Shown: positions 42,516 to 51,993, counted from the first letter of the stretch. The stretch is DNA of 64,000 nucleotides from an uncultured bacterium (GCA_963716205.1 OY970290.1:303417-367416), one strand, 5' to 3'. Notes: generated from the sequence alone by a model not told the origin. Numbers and translations: made by a program.

Positions 42516-45500
42516 TTATCGCACCAGCACAAATCCTTTTTCGGCATCAAGTTTTTTGAAAAGAACATATTTTGAACCAAGTTTCAGTCTTGAAAAATTG
42601 TTCTGTATGATCACCTCACTTGGTATTTTTTCCAGTCCGCCATATTGTTTTTTCAACTTTTCTCCTATTCCAAGTATTTCTTTTTCATTTGCGAGAATTT
42701 TCTTATCTTCGCTATTCAGATCAATTTCATACTTTTTACCACCAATTTCAAACTCACTTATTACTTTTCTAGAATCGCTCAATGTAGCTTTTTTCTTTGA
42801 AATCTTGAGTGCGTCCCTATTCCACGATTTTTCTCCTGCGACCATTTCCGATGTGCTAGCATCCAAATCTTTTTCCTTTTGTAGTGTCACGAACATGGAG
42901 CGATAATTGCTTCCGTGCAGAGCCTCTCCGGTATACTCGTCCACAATTTTAAAACCCAAATCTTTTGTCAACGACTTAAAACTATCGAAATCCTTAAAAT
43001 CAAGCGAGTAAATCATGTTCATGACGAATGATCCGCCCAATTTCAATACTCTGTTCATTTCAGAAAGTACCTTTAGACGTTCGTTATTTCCTTTGATTGG
43101 TTCAGCGGTGTAATGGAATGATAAGCATAAGTTCGTGAAATCGAATGACTTATTTGCGAATGGTATATTCAAGAAACTGCCGGCAACATTTTTTGCACCT
43201 TCGCTTTTCTCACTAGTAAAATGGCGCTCGTTCATATCCATACTGACAATATTATTCTGTAAGTTGTCAGCAATATGTCGTTTGAGCATCTCCGGACCTG
43301 AGGCCACATCAAGAATTTTCACGTCTTTCATTTCTTTATCTTTTATTAGATGCTCAATAATGGATCCTGAGACCCTGTTTGCGTTCGCTTGGTAATTTCT
43401 ACTACCCATATCGAGATAGGCTTCGGCATATTCATCCCCATGCTTTGCGATAAATTCGGAAAAGTCTGATTCACTTACTGATTTTACCGAACGGAAAATA
43501 CGAAATAATTTATCAAAACTCGAAAGATAAAAACGAGCAAGTTCGGCGTTCACGCTGAGATCTGCTGTGCCTTTTTCACTTTCTTTCAAGATTTCTTTTT
43601 CAATCTCTGTGACAGGTATTCCCTTGAGTAATTTTTCAACCGCCTTTTCTTTGATATCAATATATCGATGTATTCCCTCTTCAATAGAATCAGGGACGAT
43701 AGAGGTGACAACATCGAGATCATTTTTCATACCGACACGATATACACGGGATCGTTCCTGTCGTTCCTCGCTTTTCGTCCACGGTTCGTTATAGAACAAA
43801 ACGCTTTCGCCAGCTGAATAATCAACGCCGACTCCGGCAGTCTGCCCGCTAACCACGAGCAATATTTTTCCATCTCCATTTTTAAATTGTTCTTGAATCC
43901 TATCTCTTTCTTCCTTTTCTGTTTCTCCATGGACGATAAGAATTTTAACATCCTCTGGTAAATGAAAATTGTTTAATATCGATTTATCTCCCCGAATAAC
44001 ATCTTCCACGTAGTCGTTTACAAACATAAGAACTTTATTTTTCTGCTTGAATGTTTCGTTTAGATCCTGACCAACGGTTTCCGCTTTGATATTTTTGACC
44101 CCTGGGGTTGCTTCAAGTAATTCTGGGTTCAAAAGGAATTTTCGCATTACCTGAATTTTTTCCGTCGGCGAGAGAGAATCTTCCTCAAGAAGAAGTTCAT
44201 AGATACTTCTTTCATTTTCCGAAAGTCTGCTAAGCAGTACTCTCTCAATCATCTGGGGCATTTCGATATGCTCAGCCAGACTTTTCATTTGCATCTTGTT
44301 GACAAGCAACTTTCTTAATTCGGTGATATCACCGTTGATGATCGAACTAACAAGGTTTTTGTTTTCCATCTTTTCATACTTTTCCGGGTAGAGAAGTTTG
44401 AGTAGCATCGCAACATCCTGAATTTTGTTCGGAACCGGAGTACCGGAAAGAAGCGCCAGATATTGATCCTCTGTTTTTATCATGTCAGCAAGTATAATGG
44501 CGTTCTCCGCACGCACTCCTTCCTTCACATTCTTTATTTCATGCACTTCGTCAATGATCAACATGTCATAACCGATATCGTGCAATTTTTTCGTATTCTC
44601 GGCATTCAGTCTTTCCTGGGAAATCAACACGTAATCGAGATTCTCCCTATCCAAATTGTCCAGATCAAAAATGTTTTCTATGGTCAGGATTTTTGGCGCT
44701 TGTCCTGGTTTGAAATATCCAACTTGTTTCCCGTCCCCCGATACTTCGTCCGAAAGATATTTTTGCCATGTGCTTAACACATTACTTGGAGCTACAATTA
44801 AGCCAAGTTTTACGCCTAAACATTCTTTGGCAAGTATGGCAGAAGCGCTTTTGCCAACTCCCATTTCATCGGCAATAAGCAGACGCTTTTTGTCGGCAAT
44901 TTCCTTAATATTGATAGATTGGTAAATGTCAGGAAAATTCCTGTTTTCCTGAACATTATCAATCAATCGGTCTGGTTTTTCAAAACCGTGATCAACTGAT
45001 CTATAATAGTCCATCGTCGATTGAATAACCTCATCAAGTTCTGAACTGTTGAGTTTTTTGTTTTCATCCGAAATCTTGTTAAAAAATTCTCCAAAAATAA
45101 CTTTATCTGAATCAATTCTTTTATTTCTTTTTTCACCAAGATAATATTGAAGCGCAGAATCCTTCAATACCTCAAAAAGACCCGCTTTCAAATCTTTCTC
45201 TTTTATCAAATTAGATGAGACAGCGTACTCAAGATTTTCGGTATTAAATGGTATTCTGAGAAGTAAATAGTTACCAAGATATTCCGATATGATCTTATTT
45301 GCTTTTTCGACAGGTAAACCCTTGAAGTCTGGGTGCTGGGCGTACAATACGTCCAAAAAGCGTGAGGAACCGAATAAGCCGACTAATTTTCCAAATTTTT
45401 TCGCTTCTTCCGATTCACCCTTTCCTATATCCTCACATTTTACCTTTAATTCTTTTTCCAAATTTTCCTGAGAGTTTTTTTCATTCAATGATTCTTCGCG

Positions 45501-45653
45501 AAGTAGTTTCATTACTTCTTCTTGTGCTTCCGGAGAAAGAAACAAAGTTTTTTTACCGTTTTTTCCACGAAAATAGTCGTATTTTTTCCCAGAGTTCTCC
45601 GGATTTGATTGGGTTGATTCAATCGTATTATTAAAGGGTATTTTTTCGCTCAT
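42516..45653 (-). CDS. SNF2-like SF2 helicase/ATPase fused to C-terminal class I SAM-dependent methyltransferase
   Basis: ADEMGVGKS (I), IIDEVH (II), LSGTP (III), GQTAGVGVD (V), QERSRVYRVG (VI); MTase ILDVASGP, IPFANKSFD, EMNRVLKLGG. Confidence 0.88.
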   Translation of the reverse strand: MSEKIPFNNTIESTQSNPENSGKKYDYFRGKNGKKTLFLSPEAQEEVMKLLREESLNEKNSQENLEKELKVKCEDIGKGESEEAKKFGKLVGLFGSSRFLDVLYAQHPDFKGLPVEKANKIISEYLGNYLLLRIPFNTENLEYAVSSNLIKEKDLKAGLFEVLKDSALQYYLGEKRNKRIDSDKVIFGEFFNKISDENKKLNSSELDEVIQSTMDYYRSVDHGFEKPDRLIDNVQENRNFPDIYQSINIKEIADKKRLLIADEMGVGKSASAILAKECLGVKLGLIVAPSNVLSTWQKYLSDEVSGDGKQVGYFKPGQAPKILTIENIFDLDNLDRENLDYVLISQERLNAENTKKLHDIGYDMLIIDEVHEIKNVKEGVRAENAIILADMIKTEDQYLALLSGTPVPNKIQDVAMLLKLLYPEKYEKMENKNLVSSIINGDITELRKLLVNKMQMKSLAEHIEMPQMIERVLLSRLSENERSIYELLLEEDSLSPTEKIQVMRKFLLNPELLEATPGVKNIKAETVGQDLNETFKQKNKVLMFVNDYVEDVIRGDKSILNNFHLPEDVKILIVHGETEKEERDRIQEQFKNGDGKILLVVSGQTAGVGVDYSAGESVLFYNEPWTKSEERQERSRVYRVGMKNDLDVVTSIVPDSIEEGIHRYIDIKEKAVEKLLKGIPVTEIEKEILKESEKGTADLSVNAELARFYLSSFDKLFRIFRSVKSVSESDFSEFIAKHGDEYAEAYLDMGSRNYQANANRVSGSIIEHLIKDKEMKDVKILDVASGPEMLKRHIADNLQNNIVSMDMNERHFTSEKSEGAKNVAGSFLNIPFANKSFDFTNLCLSFHYTAEPIKGNNERLKVLSEMNRVLKLGGSFVMNMIYSLDFKDFDSFKSLTKDLGFKIVDEYTGEALHGSNYRSMFVTLQKEKDLDASTSEMVAGEKSWNRDALKISKKKATLSDSRKVISEFEIGGKKYEIDLNSEDKKILANEKEILGIGEKLKKQYGGLEKIPSEVIIQNNFSRLKLGSKYVLFKKLDAEKGFVLVR

Positions 45654-45702
45654 ATAGCTATTATTAACGGTGTTTGATAAAAACGCAAGTTCAAATTATC
45701 GA

Positions 45703-47136
45703 CTAGTCACCTTTTAGTCTTTTTAAAATTTTTTTCTTATCGAGACCAGTTTCTTCTGCAATATTATCTAAAGATACCCAACCTTGTGGAGGTTCTGGCG
45801 TTAATTTTTCATCAATAAGTTCAACTAATTTTGGTGAATAATAATATGCCATAGCACCGCCCTTAGGATTTCTGAACATTCCCCTTTCTTTTTCAAGATC
45901 AGAGTTTTTTTCAATCAATCTATCGACAGTTTTTGTAATAGTCAAACTGTTAGCTTTTCTTTTTTCTTTGAGATTTAGTAATGACATCCAATTTTCTGGA
46001 GCCTCTAATATTAAATCTTTCTCAAAAAGTCTGATTAGTTCGGGAGAATAAAAATATGTTACAGGCCCACCTTTTGGATTTTTAAATATCCCCCTTTCTT
46101 TCTCAAGATTGGGATTTTTCTCGATCAATCTCTCAATTACCCCATCGATTCCTGTTCTGCTTATTTTTATTATTTTTAATTTTTCGTGAAGATCCAATGC
46201 TGGTATCCAATTTTCAGGGGCTTCAGGCATCAAGTTCTCATCAATAAGTTCGATTAGTTTGGGTGAATAGTAGAGCGATTTCAACCCATTTGGATTTCTA
46301 AACATTCCGGTTTCCTTCTCAAGCTCAGGGTTATTTCCAATTAATTCATTAATCACCCTTTCGATTGCAACTCTGCTAAACTTTATTTTCTCTTTAAGAA
46401 AACTAGGCATAGATATCCAATTTTCAGGTGCCTCAGGCACCAAGTTCTCATCAATAAGTTCGATTAGTTTAGGTGAAAAATATATAGTGGGCATTCTATT
46501 TTCGTTCGTAAATACTCCCTTTTCTTTCTCAAGTTCAGGAGTTTTTTCAATTAATCTATCAACTATTCCTTCGATCGCCTTTCTACCTAATTTTGGTTTT
46601 TCCTTGAGAAGGCTTGGGAATGATACCCAATCCTTTGGAGATTCTTGATTTAATTTTTTTATTTTATCTTCAATCAATTTCACTAATTCTGGTGAGTAAT
46701 GAATAACTGATTTTCCGGCACTTGGTGAACGAAACATTTTAATATTTTCTTCCGCTTTCAATTTTCCGTCTGATTCATCAATGATTTGTTCAGCATATTT
46801 TCTAACAGTCGATTGATCAATATCATATCTGTCTATAATTGCAGTTTGTGTTGTCCAATCTTTTGGTGCGTCTTCAGTCAAATTTTTCTCAACTAATTCT
46901 ACAATTGCTGGTGAAAAATAAAATGACTTCCCCGTTTCTGAATTTCTAAATATCCCCCTCTCACTTTCAAGTTCTGGAAATTTTTCAATTAATCTATTGA
47001 CTAATCCATTGAACGCAGTTTTTTTGAGATTAAATCTTTTCTTAAGATCAGGTGTAGATACCCAATTTTCCGGAGCCTCCGTTGCTTCGGGTTTTTGTTC
47101 TGACTCAAAATTGTTTGTAAGGAATTTTTCTGACAT
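45703..47136 (-). CDS. Tandem-repeat protein C: 6 full ~70-aa wHTH-like repeats plus terminal half repeat
   Basis: Units APENW...G.F.N..G...Y.SP.L.ELI..L; last unit PPQGWVSLDNIAEETGLDKKKILKRLKGD. Confidence 0.85.
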   Translation of the reverse strand: MSEKFLTNNFESEQKPEATEAPENWVSTPDLKKRFNLKKTAFNGLVNRLIEKFPELESERGIFRNSETGKSFYFSPAIVELVEKNLTEDAPKDWTTQTAIIDRYDIDQSTVRKYAEQIIDESDGKLKAEENIKMFRSPSAGKSVIHYSPELVKLIEDKIKKLNQESPKDWVSFPSLLKEKPKLGRKAIEGIVDRLIEKTPELEKEKGVFTNENRMPTIYFSPKLIELIDENLVPEAPENWISMPSFLKEKIKFSRVAIERVINELIGNNPELEKETGMFRNPNGLKSLYYSPKLIELIDENLMPEAPENWIPALDLHEKLKIIKISRTGIDGVIERLIEKNPNLEKERGIFKNPKGGPVTYFYSPELIRLFEKDLILEAPENWMSLLNLKEKRKANSLTITKTVDRLIEKNSDLEKERGMFRNPKGGAMAYYYSPKLVELIDEKLTPEPPQGWVSLDNIAEETGLDKKKILKRLKGD

Positions 47137-47141
47137 AGATT

Positions 47142-49016
47142 TTAAATATTGTTTCCTTTAATTATCCTTTTTATTTTTTCTTTACTTATTCCGATTTTTT
47201 CCGACAAAGAATCTATACTCTCCCATCCTTTTGGGGCTTTTTCTGGTAAATTTTTCTCAATTAGTTCAATTAGTTTTGGAGAAAAGTATGTTGCGGGTAA
47301 ACCACTTTTTTTAGAGGCAAACATTTTTTCTTCTTTTCCCAATCCATTGTTCGATTCCTCAATTATTTTCTTGGCTATACCCTTAATTATGGAGACACTG
47401 ACATTATTTTTTTCTGCAATCGAAACCAAACTTATCCATCCTTCAGGACTCTGCTGAGGAAGACTTTGTTCAACTAAATCAACTAATTTTGGCGAAAGAA
47501 ATAATGTAGATTTGTTATTCTCAGAAAAGAATATACCCGCTTCTTTTCCGAGTTTCCCCTTCGATTCTTCAATTATTTTTTCAGATCTACTTTTAATTGT
47601 ATTTGGATCAACTTGATTTTTTTTTGCTATAGAAGCTATACTTAACCACCTATCAGGTGCTTCGTGCGGTATTTTTTTTTCAATCAATTCCACTAATTTG
47701 GGAGAGTAATATATTGCTGGCGGACCCATTTTTTTAGCAGAAAATTTTTTCATTTCCTCATTAAGTTTTCCATCTGATTCATTGATTATTTTTTGAGCAA
47801 TATTTTCAATAAACCCCTTACTGATTGAATATTTATTTACAAAGAAATTCGAGTCAGCCCATCCATAAGGAGCTTTCTCGGATAAATCTTCTTCAAGTAA
47901 TCTGACTAGTTTGGGCGAATAATATGATGTTGGAGGACCCTTCTTTTTAGAAAAAAATATTCCTGATTCTTCATCCTCTTTAAGATTCCCGTTTGATTCC
48001 TCGATTATTCTATTAACCTTATATGCAATTCCTGTTTTTGTAACTCCATATTTTTCCGCTAGAGAAATCAGATCTATCCACCCAATAGGTGGTTCTTGGG
48101 GTAGAATCCTTTCTATTGATTCTACTACTTTTGCCGAATAATATTTTGTTGGTTTATGGTTTTTGGCCCAAAATATCCCTGTATCCTTTTCTTCCGAAAG
48201 CTCACCTTTTGACTCCTCAATTATTTTTTTTGCTCTATTTTCATATGCTATTCTACTAATTCCATATTTTTTAGTTAGAGAAATTATATCAGACCATCCC
48301 TCAGGCGCTTTTTCAGGTAAGTCTCTTTCAATTAATTCTACCAGTCTAGGTGAATAATACATTGTTAGATTGCCGGACTTCTTAGACGAGAACATTCCAA
48401 CATTTTCGATTTTTTTGAGATTTTCATTTGAATCCCCAATTATTTTTTGAGCTAAATTTTCAATCGTTTTTTTATTTATTCTGTGTTTTTCAGCAAAAGA
48501 AATCCGATCGACCCATCCATCAGGTGCTTCGTGCGGTATTTTTTTTTCAATCAATTCCACTAATTTGGGAGAGAAAAAAGTTGATGGTTCATTATTTATT
48601 TTTGATGGAAACATTGACCTTTCTTTTTCTAGATTTCCATTTGACTCCTCAATTATTTTTTCAACAATTTTTATAATAGTGGGCATACTAATCCCGTATT
48701 TTTGTACTACAGATGTCATACTCACCCATTCCCCAGGTGCTCTTTTGGGTAGTTTTTTTTCAATTAATTCCACGAGTCTAGGTGAATAATATACTGCAGT
48801 AGGAATTTTTTGTGATGAAAATATCCCAATATCGTCTTTTTTAGTAAGACTTCCGTTCGATTCCCCAATTATTTTTTGAGCCAAATTTTCAATTAGTCCT
48901 CTACCAAATCCATACTTTTCTGTAAGAGAAACCAACATTTGCCATCCATCCGGAGATTCTACTGCTTCCGGTTTTTGTTCTGGCTCAAAATTGCTTATAG
49001 GAAATTTTTCTATCAT
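47142..49016 (-). CDS. Tandem-repeat protein B: 8 full ~72-aa repeats plus terminal half repeat
   Basis: Units AP.GW...KY...I...KIIEES.G.L...G.F.SKK...Y.SP.LVELIE..LP; last unit APKGWESIDSLSEKIGISKEKIKRIIKGNNI. Confidence 0.85.
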   Translation of the reverse strand: MIEKFPISNFEPEQKPEAVESPDGWQMLVSLTEKYGFGRGLIENLAQKIIGESNGSLTKKDDIGIFSSQKIPTAVYYSPRLVELIEKKLPKRAPGEWVSMTSVVQKYGISMPTIIKIVEKIIEESNGNLEKERSMFPSKINNEPSTFFSPKLVELIEKKIPHEAPDGWVDRISFAEKHRINKKTIENLAQKIIGDSNENLKKIENVGMFSSKKSGNLTMYYSPRLVELIERDLPEKAPEGWSDIISLTKKYGISRIAYENRAKKIIEESKGELSEEKDTGIFWAKNHKPTKYYSAKVVESIERILPQEPPIGWIDLISLAEKYGVTKTGIAYKVNRIIEESNGNLKEDEESGIFFSKKKGPPTSYYSPKLVRLLEEDLSEKAPYGWADSNFFVNKYSISKGFIENIAQKIINESDGKLNEEMKKFSAKKMGPPAIYYSPKLVELIEKKIPHEAPDRWLSIASIAKKNQVDPNTIKSRSEKIIEESKGKLGKEAGIFFSENNKSTLFLSPKLVDLVEQSLPQQSPEGWISLVSIAEKNNVSVSIIKGIAKKIIEESNNGLGKEEKMFASKKSGLPATYFSPKLIELIEKNLPEKAPKGWESIDSLSEKIGISKEKIKRIIKGNNI

Positions 49017-49023
49017 ATAATTA

Positions 49024-51558
49024 TTAGGATATATTTTTATTAATAATCCTTCTAATTTTCTCCGCGTCTATTTTAGTATTTTTTGCAAGTGTCTCTACAC
49101 TAGTCCAACCTTCAGGGGGTTGATCAAGGGTTTCTCGGGAAAATTTTTCATTAATTAGCTCAACTAATCTTGGCGAATAATATATGGCAAGCCCACCAGA
49201 AGATCGAAACATTCCCATATCCATACTTTCCTTCAATTTTCCGTTCGATTCCAGGATTATCTTTTCAGCTGTATTTTTAACCGTGCTTGGATTAAATCCA
49301 TATTTTTTTGCGAGTGACACCCTGTCCATCCAATTTTCTGGTGCCTTCTTGGGCAGTCCTTGTTCGATCAATTCAACCAGTTTTGGTGAAAAATATGTTG
49401 TTAACCTATTATTACTTTTTTTTGACGGAAAAACACCGATTTCTTCATCCTCCTTCAATTTTCCGTTCGATTCATTAATTATTTTTTTAACTCGTTTTTG
49501 GATCGTCAATCTATTAACTTCATATTTTTCCATAAGGGAAACCATATCAGACCATCCCATTGGTGCTTCTTTGGGCAATCCTTGTTCGATTAATTCAATT
49601 AACTTTGGTGAGAAACATGTGGTAGGCATACCACTCTTTTTTGATCGAAATATTCCCATTTCATCCTCTTCCTTGAGTTCACCCTTTGACTCTTCAATTA
49701 TTTTTTTTGCTTTACGTTGAATATACTGATTATCAGTATTATATTTTTCCGCTAGAGATGCCAAATCCGCCCAATCTTTTGGGGCTTCTTTTAGTAAATC
49801 CTTCTCGATTAATTTAACTAATCGTGGTGAAATATATATTGAAGGTCTCTTACTTTTTTTTGACAGGAAAACACCCATTTCGTCTTCTTTCTTGAGCTCT
49901 CCATTTGATTCCTCAATTATCTTTTTAACCCTACCCTCAATTTTTGTTCTACTAGAATCATCTTTTTCTGAGAAAGAAAGCATACTTATCCATCCTTCTG
50001 GAACTTCTTTAGGTAAATTTTTTTCAACTAGTTCAACTAATTTTGGTGAGAGGTATACGGACGGAGGACCACCTTTGGGGGAAGGATAAATTCCCATCTC
50101 CTCATCTTTTTTGATCTTTCCGTTCGATTCTTCAATTATTTTTTTTATTCTATTTTTAATAGTGCTTTTATCTGCTCTACTTTTTTTTGTAACGGAACCT
50201 AAATCCAGCCATCCTTCGGGTACTTCCTTGGGTAGTCTCTGCTCAATCAATTCAATTAGTTTGGGTGAGAAATACATAGTTAACCTATTACGTTTTTTTG
50301 ATGGGAACATACCCATCTCATTGTCTTTTTTGAGTTCCCCCCCTGATTCCTCAATTATTTTTTTGGCCCTGTTTTCAATTATTGTTTTATCTATCCCATA
50401 TTTCTCTGTAAGTGGAATTATACTTATCCATCCATCAGGAGTTTTTTCAGGCAACTGTTGTTTAATCAATTCAACCAATCTTGGTGATAAATGCATGGAA
50501 GGACTACCGTTTTTATTCGAGGGGAAGATTCCCATCTCCTCATCTTTTTTGATCTTTCCGTTCGATTCTTCAATTATTTTTTGGGCTCTGCTTACAATCA
50601 TTGTTGCACCAAATCCGTATCTTTCCATAAGAGAAGATAAATCGGTCCAACCTTCAGGTGCATCTTTCGGCAATTCTTTTTTAATGAGTTCTGCAAACTC
50701 AGGAGAGAAATATGTTGTGGGATAACCACTTTTTTTAGCAGGAAAGGTCCCCATTTTTTTCGCAAGTTTTCCGTTCGATTCCTCGATTATTTTTTGGGCT
50801 CTATTCTCGACTATTGATCTGCTAGTTTTGTATTTTTTTAAAAAAGAAATTAGGTCTATCCATCCTTCGGGGGCTTCTTTCGGTAAATTTTTCTCGACCA
50901 ATTTAACTAACTTTGGTGAGTAATATATCGCTAATCCCCCAGGAGATCGAAACAACCCCGTTTCTTCACCTTCTTTCAGTTCTCCGTTTGATTCCTCAAT
51001 TGTTTTTTGTATTCTTCTTTTAAGAACATTCTCACCAACAGCATATTTTTCCATAAGCGTAGGCGTGTCTACCCAACTCATAGGGGCCTCGTTCGGCAAT
51101 TCTTTTTTAATGAGTTCTGCAAACTCAGGAGAGAAATATGTTCCGGGCACCCTACCCCTTTTAGACATAAATTCCCCAACCTCTTCAGTGAGATTTCCGT
51201 TTGATTCTTGAAGTAATTTTTTAACCCTCTTTTCAATAGTTCCTCTGCTGAGTTTATGCTCCTCAGCAAAAGAAACTAAATCTATCCATCCTTTTGGTGC
51301 TTCCTTAGGTAGATTTTTTTCTATTATCTCTGTCAACTTAGGTGATAAGTATTTTGCCGGTTTACCACCGTTTTTAGATTTAAACATCCCTATTTCCTCT
51401 GCTATTTCTCCGCTCGATTCCTCAACTATTTTCTGGACCCTTCTTTCGATTACACCCTTATCAAATCCAAATTTTTCTGCGAGAGAGGTTATATCTGTCC
51501 ATTCTTCAGGAGCTTCCTGAATTGACTCATTTGAATTAAATGGAAATTGTTCAGTCAT
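49024..51558 (-). CDS. Tandem-repeat protein A: 11 full ~72-aa repeats plus terminal half repeat
   Basis: Start reassigned to MTEQFPFN (51558), matching paralog leaders; last unit PPEGWTSVETLAKNTKIDAEKIRRIINKNIS. Confidence 0.85.
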   Translation of the reverse strand: MTEQFPFNSNESIQEAPEEWTDITSLAEKFGFDKGVIERRVQKIVEESSGEIAEEIGMFKSKNGGKPAKYLSPKLTEIIEKNLPKEAPKGWIDLVSFAEEHKLSRGTIEKRVKKLLQESNGNLTEEVGEFMSKRGRVPGTYFSPEFAELIKKELPNEAPMSWVDTPTLMEKYAVGENVLKRRIQKTIEESNGELKEGEETGLFRSPGGLAIYYSPKLVKLVEKNLPKEAPEGWIDLISFLKKYKTSRSIVENRAQKIIEESNGKLAKKMGTFPAKKSGYPTTYFSPEFAELIKKELPKDAPEGWTDLSSLMERYGFGATMIVSRAQKIIEESNGKIKKDEEMGIFPSNKNGSPSMHLSPRLVELIKQQLPEKTPDGWISIIPLTEKYGIDKTIIENRAKKIIEESGGELKKDNEMGMFPSKKRNRLTMYFSPKLIELIEQRLPKEVPEGWLDLGSVTKKSRADKSTIKNRIKKIIEESNGKIKKDEEMGIYPSPKGGPPSVYLSPKLVELVEKNLPKEVPEGWISMLSFSEKDDSSRTKIEGRVKKIIEESNGELKKEDEMGVFLSKKSKRPSIYISPRLVKLIEKDLLKEAPKDWADLASLAEKYNTDNQYIQRKAKKIIEESKGELKEEDEMGIFRSKKSGMPTTCFSPKLIELIEQGLPKEAPMGWSDMVSLMEKYEVNRLTIQKRVKKIINESNGKLKEDEEIGVFPSKKSNNRLTTYFSPKLVELIEQGLPKKAPENWMDRVSLAKKYGFNPSTVKNTAEKIILESNGKLKESMDMGMFRSSGGLAIYYSPRLVELINEKFSRETLDQPPEGWTSVETLAKNTKIDAEKIRRIINKNIS

Positions 51559-51655
51559 ATGACTACGGTATAACAAATTTGCCGAAAATGCAAATAAAAA
51601 CTTGCATAAAATATTAATGTATGTTATGGTAAAGCCCGAAAGAGAGGTGTACCTT

Positions 51656-51973
51656 ATGGATCTCATATCAGTTTCTTCGACGAAGTTTCGCAACAAGGAG
51701 GATGGAACTGAGTTCACGGTTGTCAAAGCCAAACGCTTTGAGAAGCATAACATCAGGAAATACAGACAGTACCTGATGTCACTCTCAGACGGAAAGCTCG
51801 TGGGCGTTTACTTCTACGGCCAACTGGTGCCCCTCATCACCGTAACTACCGGTGTCGAGAAGCTCACCCAGGTGACCGTCGGGAAAAAACTGCTACGTAC
51901 GGCAGCCGAGATAAGCAAGGCCCTGGGAATCAAGAAACCCAAAAAGCCCGTTCCGCTTGTTCTCGTTTCGTAG
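51656..51973 (+). CDS. Hypothetical protein
   Basis: ATG 51656 preceded by SD-like gaggtg; followed by hairpin terminator; start uncertain. Confidence 0.55.
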   Translation: MDLISVSSTKFRNKEDGTEFTVVKAKRFEKHNIRKYRQYLMSLSDGKLVGVYFYGQLVPLITVTTGVEKLTQVTVGKKLLRTAAEISKALGIKKPKKPVPLVLVS

Positions 51974-51993
51974 TCCGGAAGTACAACAAGACT

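Larger units (their letters stand above)
45703..51513 (-). repeat. Degenerate ~210-222 bp coding tandem repeat array (25 full + 3 half units over three genes)
   Basis: Recurrent DNA blocks such as gattcctcaattattttt and tttggtga/gggtgaa at ~215 bp period; several exact 51-55 bp duplications. Confidence 0.9.

Noticed and set aside
47600-48560. A9 homopolymers as phase-variation switches
   Set aside because: They encode Lys-rich stretches in AT-rich DNA, frames are intact, and similar runs occur in housekeeping genes
45703-51558. Repeat region as a CRISPR array or DGR target
   Set aside because: Units are ~215 bp, degenerate and protein-coding; no short identical repeats with spacers, no cas genes, no reverse transcriptase in the window
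42516-51558. One giant gene broken by frameshifts or stop read-through
   Set aside because: Each ORF has its own similar N-terminal leader and each array its own terminal half repeat; gaps of 7, 5 and 49 bp are out of frame
51559-51753. 65-aa N-terminal extension of repeat protein A in the ORF track
   Set aside because: Overlaps the divergent ORF and promoter region; paralogs start at the MTEQFP-equivalent Met
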